A DNA stretch of 64,000 nucleotides from positions 3,392,001-3,456,000 of the forward strand of contig OY730476.1 in the NCBI GenBank assembly GCA_963422735.1. Reading direction: 5' to 3'. How positions within the stretch are numbered: the first letter of the stretch is position 1; each line of letters begins with the position of its first letter. This DNA comes from Candidatus Latescibacterota bacterium. GTDB taxonomy: Bacteria; Latescibacterota; UBA2968; UBA8231. A model generated the notes under the pieces. That model was given only the letters and a program-made list of their open reading frames with translations. It was not told the origin of the DNA and made no database searches. Positions 18,960 to 26,434 of this stretch are shown in pieces. The position numbers and the translations under genes are program-made.

Positions 18960-19582
18960 ACGCCGCTACCGACCACAACCATGCGGCCTACGCATCCAAA
19001 AGCCACAACCACAGCGGCTTCACTTCTTGGGCGACCTTTGCGGCCCATAAGCACGACGCCACCTACGCCGCCAAGAGCCACCGCCATAGCCACGCCCATA
19101 GCTCTGAGCAGTGGTTTGCTCAGCACAACCACTCGGCCTACGCGCTCAAAAGCCACAACCACAGCGGCTTCACTTCTTGGGCGACCTTTGCGGCCCATAA
19201 GCACGACGCCACCTACGCCGCCAAGAGCCACCGCCATAGCCACGCCCATAGCTCTGAGCAGTGGTTTGTTCAGCACGGCCACACCGCCTACGCACCCAAG
19301 AGCCATAGCCATCCAACCCTCAAGGGCGACAAGGGAGACAAAGGGGACAAGGGCGATCAAGGACTGCGCGGCTACCGGGGCTTCAAAGGTGACAAGGGCG
19401 ACAAGGGCGACAAGGGCGACAAGGGCGACAAGGGCGACAAAGGCGATAGGGGAGCGCCCGGCGTCCAGCATTCGCATCCGTATGCTCACTATAGCCATGG
19501 CCATGGTTCGCACGGCCATTCAGGGTTCGTTGTCATTAACGGCGTACATTACTCAGTCGCTATTAGTAGCAGTTCCGTATAG
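18899..19582 (+). CDS. start-less His-rich/collagen-like tail fibre frame
   Basis: 227 open codons (stop TAA 18896-18898 to TAG 19580-19582): YAxKxHxH repeats then (GDK)n collagen triplets; missing from the ORF track because it has no start codon. Confidence 0.75.
   Translation, partial: PPRGQCYALKHNHGSYALKINAATDHNHAAYASKSHNHSGFTSWATFAAHKHDATYAAKSHRHSHAHSSEQWFAQHNHSAYALKSHNHSGFTSWATFAAHKHDATYAAKSHRHSHAHSSEQWFVQHGHTAYAPKSHSHPTLKGDKGDKGDKGDQGLRGYRGFKGDKGDKGDKGDKGDKGDKGDRGAPGVQHSHPYAHYSHGHGSHGHSGFVVINGVHYSVAISSSSV
18997..19276. repeat. 150-bp-period tandem duplication in the fibre frame
   Basis: 18997-19126 recurs almost exactly at 19147-19276. Confidence 0.9.
19322..19445 (+). repeat. 9-bp AAGGGCGAC tandem repeats (collagen Gly-Asp-Lys)
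   Basis: Directly visible microsatellite. Confidence 0.9.
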
Positions 19583-19621
19583 TCAACTATCTCAACGTTT
19601 ACCCCCAGAAGGGAGACGACC

Positions 19622-19918
19622 ATGTCTCAACCTATTCAGCAACGACTGCAAGGGGCACTGACTCAACAAAACGAGTTAGTCCAAACTTGGACGAACTATA
19701 TCCAAGAGAAAGAGGAGGAGGCGGACTTTTGGACTAAGGAGGCCGCCGCGGCCAAAGACACCAACCCGCAGAAAGCCGAATGTTTCACCTGCTGTGCGAA
19801 GAACGCACGGGAGGAGGTCGAGCGCGGCCAGCTCGAAAGGCAAGCCCTCCTCGATACGACCACCCCCTTGCAAACCGCGCTGGACGAACTGGCCACCGCG
19901 AAGGAGCCGGCCGAATGA
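19622..19918 (+). CDS. hypothetical coiled-coil protein with CFTCC motif
   Basis: GGGAGA RBS, ATG, 98 aa helical hairpin-like composition. Confidence 0.65.
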   Translation: MSQPIQQRLQGALTQQNELVQTWTNYIQEKEEEADFWTKEAAAAKDTNPQKAECFTCCAKNAREEVERGQLERQALLDTTTPLQTALDELATAKEPAE

Positions 19919-20118
19919 GTGGCGGAAGTTGGGAGTATCAGTATCAGGCAGTGCGCAGGCTCGGTGAACAGTTGACCGAAGAAGGCGACCCCTTGCGCCG
20001 GGCCTTGGGCGAGCACTTGTTGGTCTGTGCCGAAGCCTGTCGGCTCATTGAGTGGTCCGACTCCGGCGACAGCCCCCCGGACGGATGGCGAGAGGCCGTC
20101 GAGGAGATTGTACAATGA
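19915..20118 (+). CDS. small phage hypothetical protein (MSGGSxxY N-terminus)
   Basis: AAGGAG RBS, ATGA overlap with the previous gene. Confidence 0.65.
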   Translation: MSGGSWEYQYQAVRRLGEQLTEEGDPLRRALGEHLLVCAEACRLIEWSDSGDSPPDGWREAVEEIVQ

Positions 20119-20432
20119 ACCCGAATGACAAAGAGCAAATCGTCGCCGTCGCCGCAACGTTGGGCGCGGCCACAACCCCTCAAGAGGAGGCCGATGCCCT
20201 CGAAAGCCTCCAGGGCTTGCTCGGCCAGCAGGGCGACGACGACGCGCTGGATCAGCTTCACCAGCACCTGAGCGGACTCTACCACAACCTTGAGCACCAA
20301 TGCGAGGCGACGCGCAAAGAGCTCGGCCCGATTGGGCTGATTATCGGCTTGGAGCGTCTGTCGGCGCAGTGCGAGATCCTCAAGCCGATCGTAGCGCAAT
20401 TAGATACGCTGCGACCGAAACCCTCATCCTAA
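20115..20432 (+). CDS. hypothetical helical phage protein
   Basis: GAGGAG RBS, ATGA overlap. Confidence 0.6.
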   Translation: MNPNDKEQIVAVAATLGAATTPQEEADALESLQGLLGQQGDDDALDQLHQHLSGLYHNLEHQCEATRKELGPIGLIIGLERLSAQCEILKPIVAQLDTLRPKPSS

Positions 20433-20444
20433 AGGAGCCGTCTC

Positions 20445-20591
20445 TTGCTGGCTCATATCGCTGCGGGCGGCCTCGTCGAGGTCGTTGACGCGCTGGTTCA
20501 CCTTGTGACGGTCTTCGGCGGCGGGCTGATGGCCGTGCTGCCCGCCGCCTTCTATGCGCTCTGGCAGCGCATCCGCAGAAAGAGAACGTAG
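20445..20591 (+). CDS. 48-aa membrane protein with basic C-terminus
   Basis: AAGGAG at 20432, TTG start; MLAHIAAGGLVEVVDALVHLVTVFGGGLMAVLPAAFYALWQRIRRKRT. Confidence 0.55.
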   Translation: MLAHIAAGGLVEVVDALVHLVTVFGGGLMAVLPAAFYALWQRIRRKRT

Positions 20592-20611
20592 CGCAGCGTC
20601 CTTCCATCACT

Positions 20612-22948
20612 TTACGGACACCAAGATAGCCCTAGGTCGTTTAAGTCGTGCGACGGTATATCTTGCAACGCTTCTGGGATGCACCCCGTCAACTCGTTGC
20701 TGTTAAGGAATAGCCATTCTAGGTTTTGGAGTTGGCCTAGCTCCGCCGGGATCGAACCCGTCAACCCGTTGTAGCTAAGGTCTAGCCATTCTAGGTTTGG
20801 GAGTTGGCCTAGCTCCGCCGGGATCGAACCCGTCAACTCGTTGCCGTTAAGGAATAGCCATCCCAGGTTTGGGAGTTGGCCTAGCTCCGCCGGGATCGAA
20901 CCCGTCAACTCGTTGCTGTTAAGGAATAGCCATTCTAGGTTTTGGAGTTGGCCTAGCTCCGCCGGGATCGAACCCGTCAACCCGTTGTCTTCAAGGTCTA
21001 GCCATTCTAGGTTTGGGAGTTGGCCTAGCTCCGCCGGGATCGAACCCGTCAACCCGTTGCCGTTAAGGTCTAGCCGTTGCAGGTGTTGGAGTTGGCCTAG
21101 CTCCGCCGGGATCGAACCCGTCAACCCGTTGTCTTCAAGGTCTAGCCATTCTAGGTTTGGGAGTTGGCCTAGCTCCGCCGGGATCGAACCCGTCAACCCG
21201 TTGCCGTTAAGGTCTAGCCGTTGCAGGTGTTGGAGTTGGCCTAGCTCCGCCGGGATCGAACCCGTCAACTCGTTGCCGTTAAGGGATAGCCATCCCAGGT
21301 TTGGGAGTTGGCCTAGCTCCGCCGGGATCGAACCCGTCAACCCGTTGCCGTTAAGGTCTAGCGCTCCCAGGTTTTGGAGTTGGCCTAGCTCCGCCGGGAT
21401 CGAACCCGTCAACCCGTTGCCGTTAAGGTCTAGCGCTCCCAGGTTTTGGAGTTGGCCTAGCTCCGCCGGGATCGAACCCGTCAACTCGTTGCTGTTAAGG
21501 GATAGCCATTCTAGGTTTTGGAGTTGGCCTAGCTCCGCCGGGATCGAACCCGTCAACTCGTTGCTGTTAAGGAATAGCCATTCTAGGTTTTGGAGTTGGC
21601 CTAGCTCCGCCGGGATCGAACCCGTCAACTCGTTGCTGTTAAGGAATAGCCATTCTAGGTTTTGGAGTTGGCCTAGCTCCGCCGGGATCGAACCCGTCAA
21701 CCCGTTGACGCCAAGGGATAGCCGTTGCAGGTTTTGGAGTTGGCCTAGCTCCGCCGGGATCGAACCCGTCAACCCGTTGTCTTCAAGGTCTAGCCATTCT
21801 AGGTTTTGGAGTTGGCCTAGCTCCGCCGGGATCGAACCCGTCAACCCGTTGTCGAAGAGGGATAGGGTATCGACTCGCCCTTCGTCATCCGTAGTAACGC
21901 CATGCCATTGCTCAAGCGGTTCTGTGCTGAGCCAGTTGGTGTCGTTATTCCAGTTAGGGCCGCCGGTAGCCCAATAGAGCGCGACCAACACCGCCCGATC
22001 GGCAGCGGCAGCGGGACCTGTCAGCGGCAGCCCGATCCCCGCCGGCAGGGACGGATCGGACGGATCAACCACATAGGTGGCAATCAGATAGGCGTCGGTG
22101 AAATCAATCGCGTCATCGCCGTTCACATCGCCGAACCAGAGGTCGGGAACAGCCGCCGCCGGGTTAACGCTGTATATCGCCAGCATCAGCGCATCAACTA
22201 TATCTACCCGACCGTTGCCGTCCACATCGCCTAACAGCCCGCTGCTGAGCCGCTTTCCGCGTGGCAGCCGATCCGCCGCGTCCACGACCCACTCCACCGG
22301 AGCCATCCCCGTCCGCCACCGAAAGCTCGCGTCCACATACGGCACCAAGCCCGCACCGGCCACGGCCACGCCATACGTCCGCTCCACCGCTACCGGAGCC
22401 GGTGGCGGCGCCGCCCCCAAAGCCGCCGGAATCCCGGCCTGCCCATCGACCAGCACCATCCGCCCACTCGCGGCCAGCCCGCCGCTGCTGAGCCGATAGA
22501 GGTACACCCCGGCACCCACCGCACGACCGGCCGCATCCGTGCCGTCCCAACGTGCGGTGTGCGCTCCGGCCGGCTGGTGGGCATCCACTAACGAAGCCAC
22601 CTGTTGCCCCAGCAGGTTAAACACCTCTAGCCGTACGTAGCCCGCCGCCGGCAGTTGGTAGGGAATCCTCGTCGAAGGGTTAAATGGGTTCGGGTAATTC
22701 GGCCCCAGCACCAAGCCGTCCGGCGGCGCAGAGCCTGCGGACAAGGACGGCAACGACAGCGCGAAATGGCCGGCCTCGTCGGTGGTGGCCCCCACGGAGC
22801 GGCGCAGATCGGATAGGTCGAACAGCCGCACGTGGGCGGCCACCACCGGCTCGCCCGAAGGAAGGCGTACCCACCCTTCAACCAGCGGTTCGGCCAAGAC
22901 CCGAGCCGACAATGACAGCCCGACAAAAATGGCAAATAATACGTTCAT
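20612..22948 (-). CDS. secreted eukaryote-like LRR protein (signal peptide, Ig-like, FlgD-Ig, dockerin-like pair, LRR N-cap, 17 plant-type LRRs)
   Basis: GAGGGGAG RBS then ATG at 22948; NYPNPFNPST..WDG..GVYLYRL; GDVDGNGRVDIVD/GDVNGDDAIDFTD; LxxLxLxxNxLTGSIPAELGQL repeats. Confidence 0.92.
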   Translation of the reverse strand: MNVLFAIFVGLSLSARVLAEPLVEGWVRLPSGEPVVAAHVRLFDLSDLRRSVGATTDEAGHFALSLPSLSAGSAPPDGLVLGPNYPNPFNPSTRIPYQLPAAGYVRLEVFNLLGQQVASLVDAHQPAGAHTARWDGTDAAGRAVGAGVYLYRLSSGGLAASGRMVLVDGQAGIPAALGAAPPPAPVAVERTYGVAVAGAGLVPYVDASFRWRTGMAPVEWVVDAADRLPRGKRLSSGLLGDVDGNGRVDIVDALMLAIYSVNPAAAVPDLWFGDVNGDDAIDFTDAYLIATYVVDPSDPSLPAGIGLPLTGPAAAADRAVLVALYWATGGPNWNNDTNWLSTEPLEQWHGVTTDDEGRVDTLSLFDNGLTGSIPAELGQLQNLEWLDLEDNGLTGSIPAELGQLQNLQRLSLGVNGLTGSIPAELGQLQNLEWLFLNSNELTGSIPAELGQLQNLEWLFLNSNELTGSIPAELGQLQNLEWLSLNSNELTGSIPAELGQLQNLGALDLNGNGLTGSIPAELGQLQNLGALDLNGNGLTGSIPAELGQLPNLGWLSLNGNELTGSIPAELGQLQHLQRLDLNGNGLTGSIPAELGQLPNLEWLDLEDNGLTGSIPAELGQLQHLQRLDLNGNGLTGSIPAELGQLPNLEWLDLEDNGLTGSIPAELGQLQNLEWLFLNSNELTGSIPAELGQLPNLGWLFLNGNELTGSIPAELGQLPNLEWLDLSYNGLTGSIPAELGQLQNLEWLFLNSNELTGCIPEALQDIPSHDLNDLGLSWCP
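20728..21845. repeat. 72-bp-period coding tandem array (16 copies of an invariant 38-bp core)
   Basis: GGAGTTGGCCTAGCTCCGCCGGGATCGAACCCGTCAAC recurs every 72 bp from 20728 to 21808. Confidence 0.95.
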
Positions 22949-23041
22949 AGTTTCAATCCGCTCCCCTCGCCCAAGTGAGGGGAGACAACACAAACGATAC
23001 AAAAAACGCCGACATGGAAACATCACTAATAGAGACATAGC

Positions 23042-23070
23042 TTGGCCCTTGATTATCTAATAGTTATATT
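23042..23070 (+). promoter_or_regulatory. probable sigma70 promoter of the RelE/HTH operon (leaderless)
   Basis: TTGGCC-17-TATATT, with ATG 6 nt downstream. Confidence 0.5.
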
Positions 23071-23076
23071 TATTAC

Positions 23077-23334
23077 ATGTTCACGGTAACGGTAGCTAAG
23101 GAAGCAAGGCGGCAGCTCCGCACGATGCCAAACAACGTGGAGAGAACCATCATCAGCAAGATTGAGCAACTATCCGCCGACCCCTTCGCCGCGAACAACA
23201 ACGTCTCCGCGCTGAAGCAAGGCGCGGGATTTCGACTCCGAGTCGGCGATTGGCGGGTGCTGTATGTCCTGGATTCGGAAGCGAAAACCATTACGGTCGC
23301 CACCATTCTGCCACGTGGAGAAGCCTACCGATGA
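23077..23334 (+). CDS. RelE/ParE family toxin
   Basis: 85 aa, FRLRVGDWRVLY, ILPRGEAYR. Confidence 0.9.
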   Translation: MFTVTVAKEARRQLRTMPNNVERTIISKIEQLSADPFAANNNVSALKQGAGFRLRVGDWRVLYVLDSEAKTITVATILPRGEAYR

Positions 23335-23699
23335 CCCGCACCCCTCAAATCATTACCTTAGCCGGTGAGGAATACGCTATTGTCCCTCGCGCCGAATACG
23401 ATGCACTATGCACTGTCGTTGACGAAGACGCTTTGGATGCCGCCATCATCCGACACATCCTCGAGGACCCCGATCAGGAACTCGTGCCCCTCTCTCTGGC
23501 CAAGCGCATGGCCGATGGGGAACATCCGGTCCGGGTATGGCGTGAGTATCGCGGCATGAAAGCCAGCCAACTAGCCACTGCCGCCCACATCGCGGCGTCT
23601 TACCTATCCGATATAGAGCACGAGAAAAAGCCCGGGTCGATCAAAGCTATGAAGCGCATCGCGGCGGCACTCAACCTCACGGTGGACGATTTGATTTAG
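23331..23699 (+). CDS. XRE-HTH antitoxin
   Basis: GEEYAIVPRAEYDAL N-terminus; HPVRVWREYRGM..LA..YLSDIEH.KKPGS HTH; overlaps the toxin. Confidence 0.88.
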   Translation: MTRTPQIITLAGEEYAIVPRAEYDALCTVVDEDALDAAIIRHILEDPDQELVPLSLAKRMADGEHPVRVWREYRGMKASQLATAAHIAASYLSDIEHEKKPGSIKAMKRIAAALNLTVDDLI

Positions 23700-23781
23700 G
23701 TTCAAGCGGCCCCGACCACGCCACCCGGCCGACGATGCGGTCGTCACGGCTGACGGGGCGCGGCGAAACTCGTTGTCGGCG

Positions 23782-24039
23782 TTACAGCTTGATAACGGCA
23801 ATGAGGATGCTGGTAATAGCCACCAGCGTGCCTATCGTCCAGATGAAATGGGCGTCAATGCGCTTGTTCGTCTCGGCTATCTGCTGACTCAACAGGCGGC
23901 TGGTCTCGTCGATACGCCGGTTGGTCTCAATCATCTGCTGGCGCAGGTCTTGGATGTCTTCGCGCAAGTACGAGATACCCCAATGCAGCTCGTCAGCCGC
24001 CGGCGCCGGACGGGGCTGAGGGTTGTCACCTTCGCTCAT
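23782..24039 (-). CDS. small coiled-coil protein with C-terminal TM helix (DUF1640/CCDC90-like)
   Basis: Heptads ETNRRIDET..ETNKRID, then FIWTIGTLVAITSILIAVIKL. Confidence 0.7.
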   Translation of the reverse strand: MSEGDNPQPRPAPAADELHWGISYLREDIQDLRQQMIETNRRIDETSRLLSQQIAETNKRIDAHFIWTIGTLVAITSILIAVIKL

Positions 24040-24066
24040 GGTTCCAATCGTTTCGTTCCTCGTGGC

Positions 24067-24357
24067 CTAGCCGGGCAAGCGGGATAAAATCAGCGTACCC
24101 AGCGCGAGCAATGTTGTAAGCTGAAGGCCGATGAGCCAACGGAAGTCGCGGCGGTGGTTGCTCTCAATCGTCTCCAAGCGACGGTGGACCGCCGCCACGT
24201 CTTGCCGCATATCCTGCCGCACCTGGGCAATGCCTTGTTCAATGCGGTCTAAGTGGGCGTTGGTCTGGCGGTTTTGCTCAGTTAGCTGCTCGGCGATGCC
24301 TTCCAATCGCCCGATGCGACGGTCGTGGTCTTGGGCTTGCGTGATAGGTTCCGACAT
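24067..24357 (-). CDS. small coiled-coil protein with C-terminal TM helix
   Basis: RIGRLEG, heptads, then DFRWLIGLQLTTLLALGTLIL. Confidence 0.7.
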   Translation of the reverse strand: MSEPITQAQDHDRRIGRLEGIAEQLTEQNRQTNAHLDRIEQGIAQVRQDMRQDVAAVHRRLETIESNHRRDFRWLIGLQLTTLLALGTLILSRLPG

Positions 24358-24368
24358 TATCGGCTACC

Positions 24369-24683
24369 TCATACTTCCGATTCCACCGCCAGCCGTTGCC
24401 TGGTGGTCTGCTCCCGGCGAGCCTGTGCAAGATCATAGCTTGCCTGCATCCGCATCCAATGCTCGGCGGTGCCCCAGCCGATGTGCTCCAAAGCCAGCGC
24501 CAAGTCCGCAGAGAGGTTAGCCCGACCGTTGACAAGGCACGAAAGCATTTCGCGTTCACAGCTCAAGCGAACCGCCGCCTCCGTAACATTCCAGCCCACC
24601 TCTTCCATATTCTCCCGGATCAATTCGCCCAGATGCGGCGGGTTCAGCATGGGGCCTGTACGGGGGCTATCATGGTTGCTCAT
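24369..24683 (-). CDS. higA: HigA family antitoxin
   Basis: NPPHLGELIRE, LSADLALAL, AEHWMRMQASYDL. Confidence 0.9.
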   Translation of the reverse strand: MSNHDSPRTGPMLNPPHLGELIRENMEEVGWNVTEAAVRLSCEREMLSCLVNGRANLSADLALALEHIGWGTAEHWMRMQASYDLAQARREQTTRQRLAVESEV

Positions 24684-24699
24684 CCGTCTTTCTCTCCAA

Positions 24700-24972
24700 T
24701 TAGTGGTAGTCGATCAGGTCCACCTCTACCGCCTCACCATCCTCAAAGCGGAACACCACCCGCCAGTTGCCGGATACGCGTACGCTCCATTGACCCACCC
24801 TTCCCCCCTTCAAAGGATGCAGCCGGAAGCCGGGGGCGTCCGCGCTGCCGGGATGGGTTGCCTCTTGTAGCCGAAACAGAATGCGTCGGAGCCGGGACAC
24901 CAAGCCCGCCGGCAGCCGGGCCGGGTCGTCCCGCTCATGCAGGCTCCGCAGGCCTTTGTGCCTGATCTTCAC
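24700..24972 (-). CDS. higB: HigB (RelE-like killer) toxin
   Basis: RHKGL, PGFRLHPLKG, WSVRVSGNWRVVFRF..VDLIDYH; upstream of higA. Confidence 0.92.
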   Translation of the reverse strand: MKIRHKGLRSLHERDDPARLPAGLVSRLRRILFRLQEATHPGSADAPGFRLHPLKGGRVGQWSVRVSGNWRVVFRFEDGEAVEVDLIDYH

Positions 24973-25034
24973 GGATCAAATGTACTTTGTTCCAATGTTG
25001 GGTTTCAATCCGTAATCTCCTGCCTCACACTGGT

Positions 25035-25595
25035 TCATGGCTGGATTAGTTCAGCTTCAACAGGATAGACACCAGCAAGCCCACCACGCCAAATAGGATA
25101 CCGACAAGCCAGCGGAACTGACTGTCTGCACGGCGGCCTTGCTCTTGGATGGCCCGCTCGATGCCGTCTAGTCTGCGTCTGCTTTAAGTCCGCCAATACC
25201 TGCCCGGTATAGAGGCTGTAGATGCTGCCAAGCTCAGCAGCAATGCGCGGCTTAGCCGATTGCAAGAAGGGGAGAGTCGCGTCGTACGTAAAGGACACAG
25301 CGTTGGGCGCGACCCTTAGTCCGCGCCACGTTTCGACACGAGCTTGATCTTTAGCTTGAACCTTATGTTGAACAAGGAGACCAACTAGCACCAACGTGAC
25401 AGCAGCAGCCAGTAACAAGTTGCCATCGCCACCGCCACTACCACCACCGCCACCGTGGCAATGATAGGGCTTACTTCCAGCGTGGCACCCATACTTATCG
25501 GTCCCTCCACTATGTGCGTATAAAATCGTCGCCTCGGCCAACAATACCATCCCTAAAATAAATGCGATCATCCTTGTCTTACCCCTTCGTCTCAT
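25035..25595 (-). CDS. exported YHYH-domain protein with truncated C-terminal domain
   Basis: Signal peptide then AHSGGTDKYGCH..YHCH, Gly linker, TM helix; the last ~45 aa come from the out-of-frame fused remnant. Confidence 0.7.
   Translation of the reverse strand: MRRRGKTRMIAFILGMVLLAEATILYAHSGGTDKYGCHAGSKPYHCHGGGGGSGGGDGNLLLAAAVTLVLVGLLVQHKVQAKDQARVETWRGLRVAPNAVSFTYDATLPFLQSAKPRIAAELGSIYSLYTGQVLADLKQTQTRRHRAGHPRARPPCRQSVPLACRYPIWRGGLAGVYPVEAELIQP
25046..25183 (-). pseudogene. C-terminal remnant of a third coiled-coil/TM gene
   Basis: Start-less frame RLDGIERAIQEQGRRADSQFRWLVGILFGVVGLLVSILLKLN*. Confidence 0.65.
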
Positions 25596-25598
25596 GGT

Positions 25599-26087
25599 TC
25601 AGTCCTTTTCAACACGGGCCGCATCACAGCCAATGGTCGGGGTGTCCTCAGTGCTCAGGGGGTCTTCGGCCGCACCGTTAGACGAGGCCGAATCACCGCT
25701 TCTGGCTTCCAACAACTGCTGCATCATCTGCTTTAGCTCCTCAACCTCGTCCTTTTTTTTCTCCTCCTGACGCACTGAGGCGGCGTGGAATTCCTTGAAC
25801 TGCTTCAATAAGTCCATCGCCCAAGCCGGGGGTTCTTCGCTGTCACCAGCCGGTTTGGGCTCCGCTCGAATTGCTTGTTCGGTGCTGCGTTGTGGCCCGA
25901 CGTAGAATTCCAAGCCGAGAGCAGATGCGACTTCAGCGGCACGCTCTATAGACGGAATGTGCCCCTCTAAAATTCCTTGGACACTGCGAGTTGGTAGACC
26001 AGCACGGGCTGCGGCAGCCCGTGCTGAGAGATTTTCTTGGACTAGCCGATCTCGAATTGCCTTAACGAAATCATCATAGATCTCCAT
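25599..26087 (-). CDS. CI-like prophage repressor (HTH, no S24 peptidase domain)
   Basis: SARAAAARAGL..SVQGILEGHIPSIERAAEVASALGLEFYVG; divergent from the cro-like gene. Confidence 0.75.
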   Translation of the reverse strand: MEIYDDFVKAIRDRLVQENLSARAAAARAGLPTRSVQGILEGHIPSIERAAEVASALGLEFYVGPQRSTEQAIRAEPKPAGDSEEPPAWAMDLLKQFKEFHAASVRQEEKKKDEVEELKQMMQQLLEARSGDSASSNGAAEDPLSTEDTPTIGCDAARVEKD

Positions 26088-26182
26088 GGAGGCAAAATAT
26101 AGCACACATAGAAAGGCCTGTCATGTGAAAATAATCTCACAAACTACTTGATTTTGTGATTAATATAGCATAAATTAGCTAT
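26088..26182. promoter_or_regulatory. cI/cro divergent promoters and operators
   Basis: Plus strand TTGATT-17-TAAATT (26148-26176); minus strand ATGACA-17-TATATT (26124-26096); palindrome TGTGA-N8-TCACA at 26124-26141 with degenerate copies at 26089-26106 and 26155-26172. Confidence 0.7.
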
Positions 26183-26434
26183 ATGTCTCACGAATATATC
26201 ATCAAACTACTCGAAGTCATGGCGACAGAGATGCGCCGTAGCCCACATACGATAGGGCGGCTTGCTTCGGGTAGCGGCGATTTCTATGTGAGGCTGGTAC
26301 GCGGGCACGATCTGACGATACGTCGTGCCGCACGCGTTTTCCAGTGGCTTTCCGACCACTGGCCGGACGGCCTCGACTGGCCTGAGGACATTCCTCGTCC
26401 TTTGCCGCGGCCGGAGTCGAAGAAGGAGGCGTGA
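26183..26434 (+). CDS. Cro-like regulator
   Basis: 83 aa, TIGRLASGSGDFYVRL..G..LTIRR..QWLSDHWP..WP.DIPRP; divergent from cI. Confidence 0.7.
   Translation: MSHEYIIKLLEVMATEMRRSPHTIGRLASGSGDFYVRLVRGHDLTIRRAARVFQWLSDHWPDGLDWPEDIPRPLPRPESKKEA

Noticed and set aside
18997-19276. DGR template/variable repeat pair
   Set aside because: Copies are adjacent, in frame and nearly identical, with no adenine-specific differences and no reverse transcriptase in the window.
18890-19661. Track ORFs 18981-19661 (+) and 18890-19519 (-)
   Set aside because: Off-frame and antisense shadows of the His/collagen frame; low-complexity RAT/VAL repeats.
20728-21845. CRISPR-like pattern (38-bp identical repeats with 34-bp spacers)
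   Set aside because: Spacers are near-identical to each other, the period is exactly 24 codons within an LRR ORF, and there are no cas genes or leader.
20841-21977. 378-aa plus-strand repeat ORF
   Set aside because: Antisense shadow of the LRR array.
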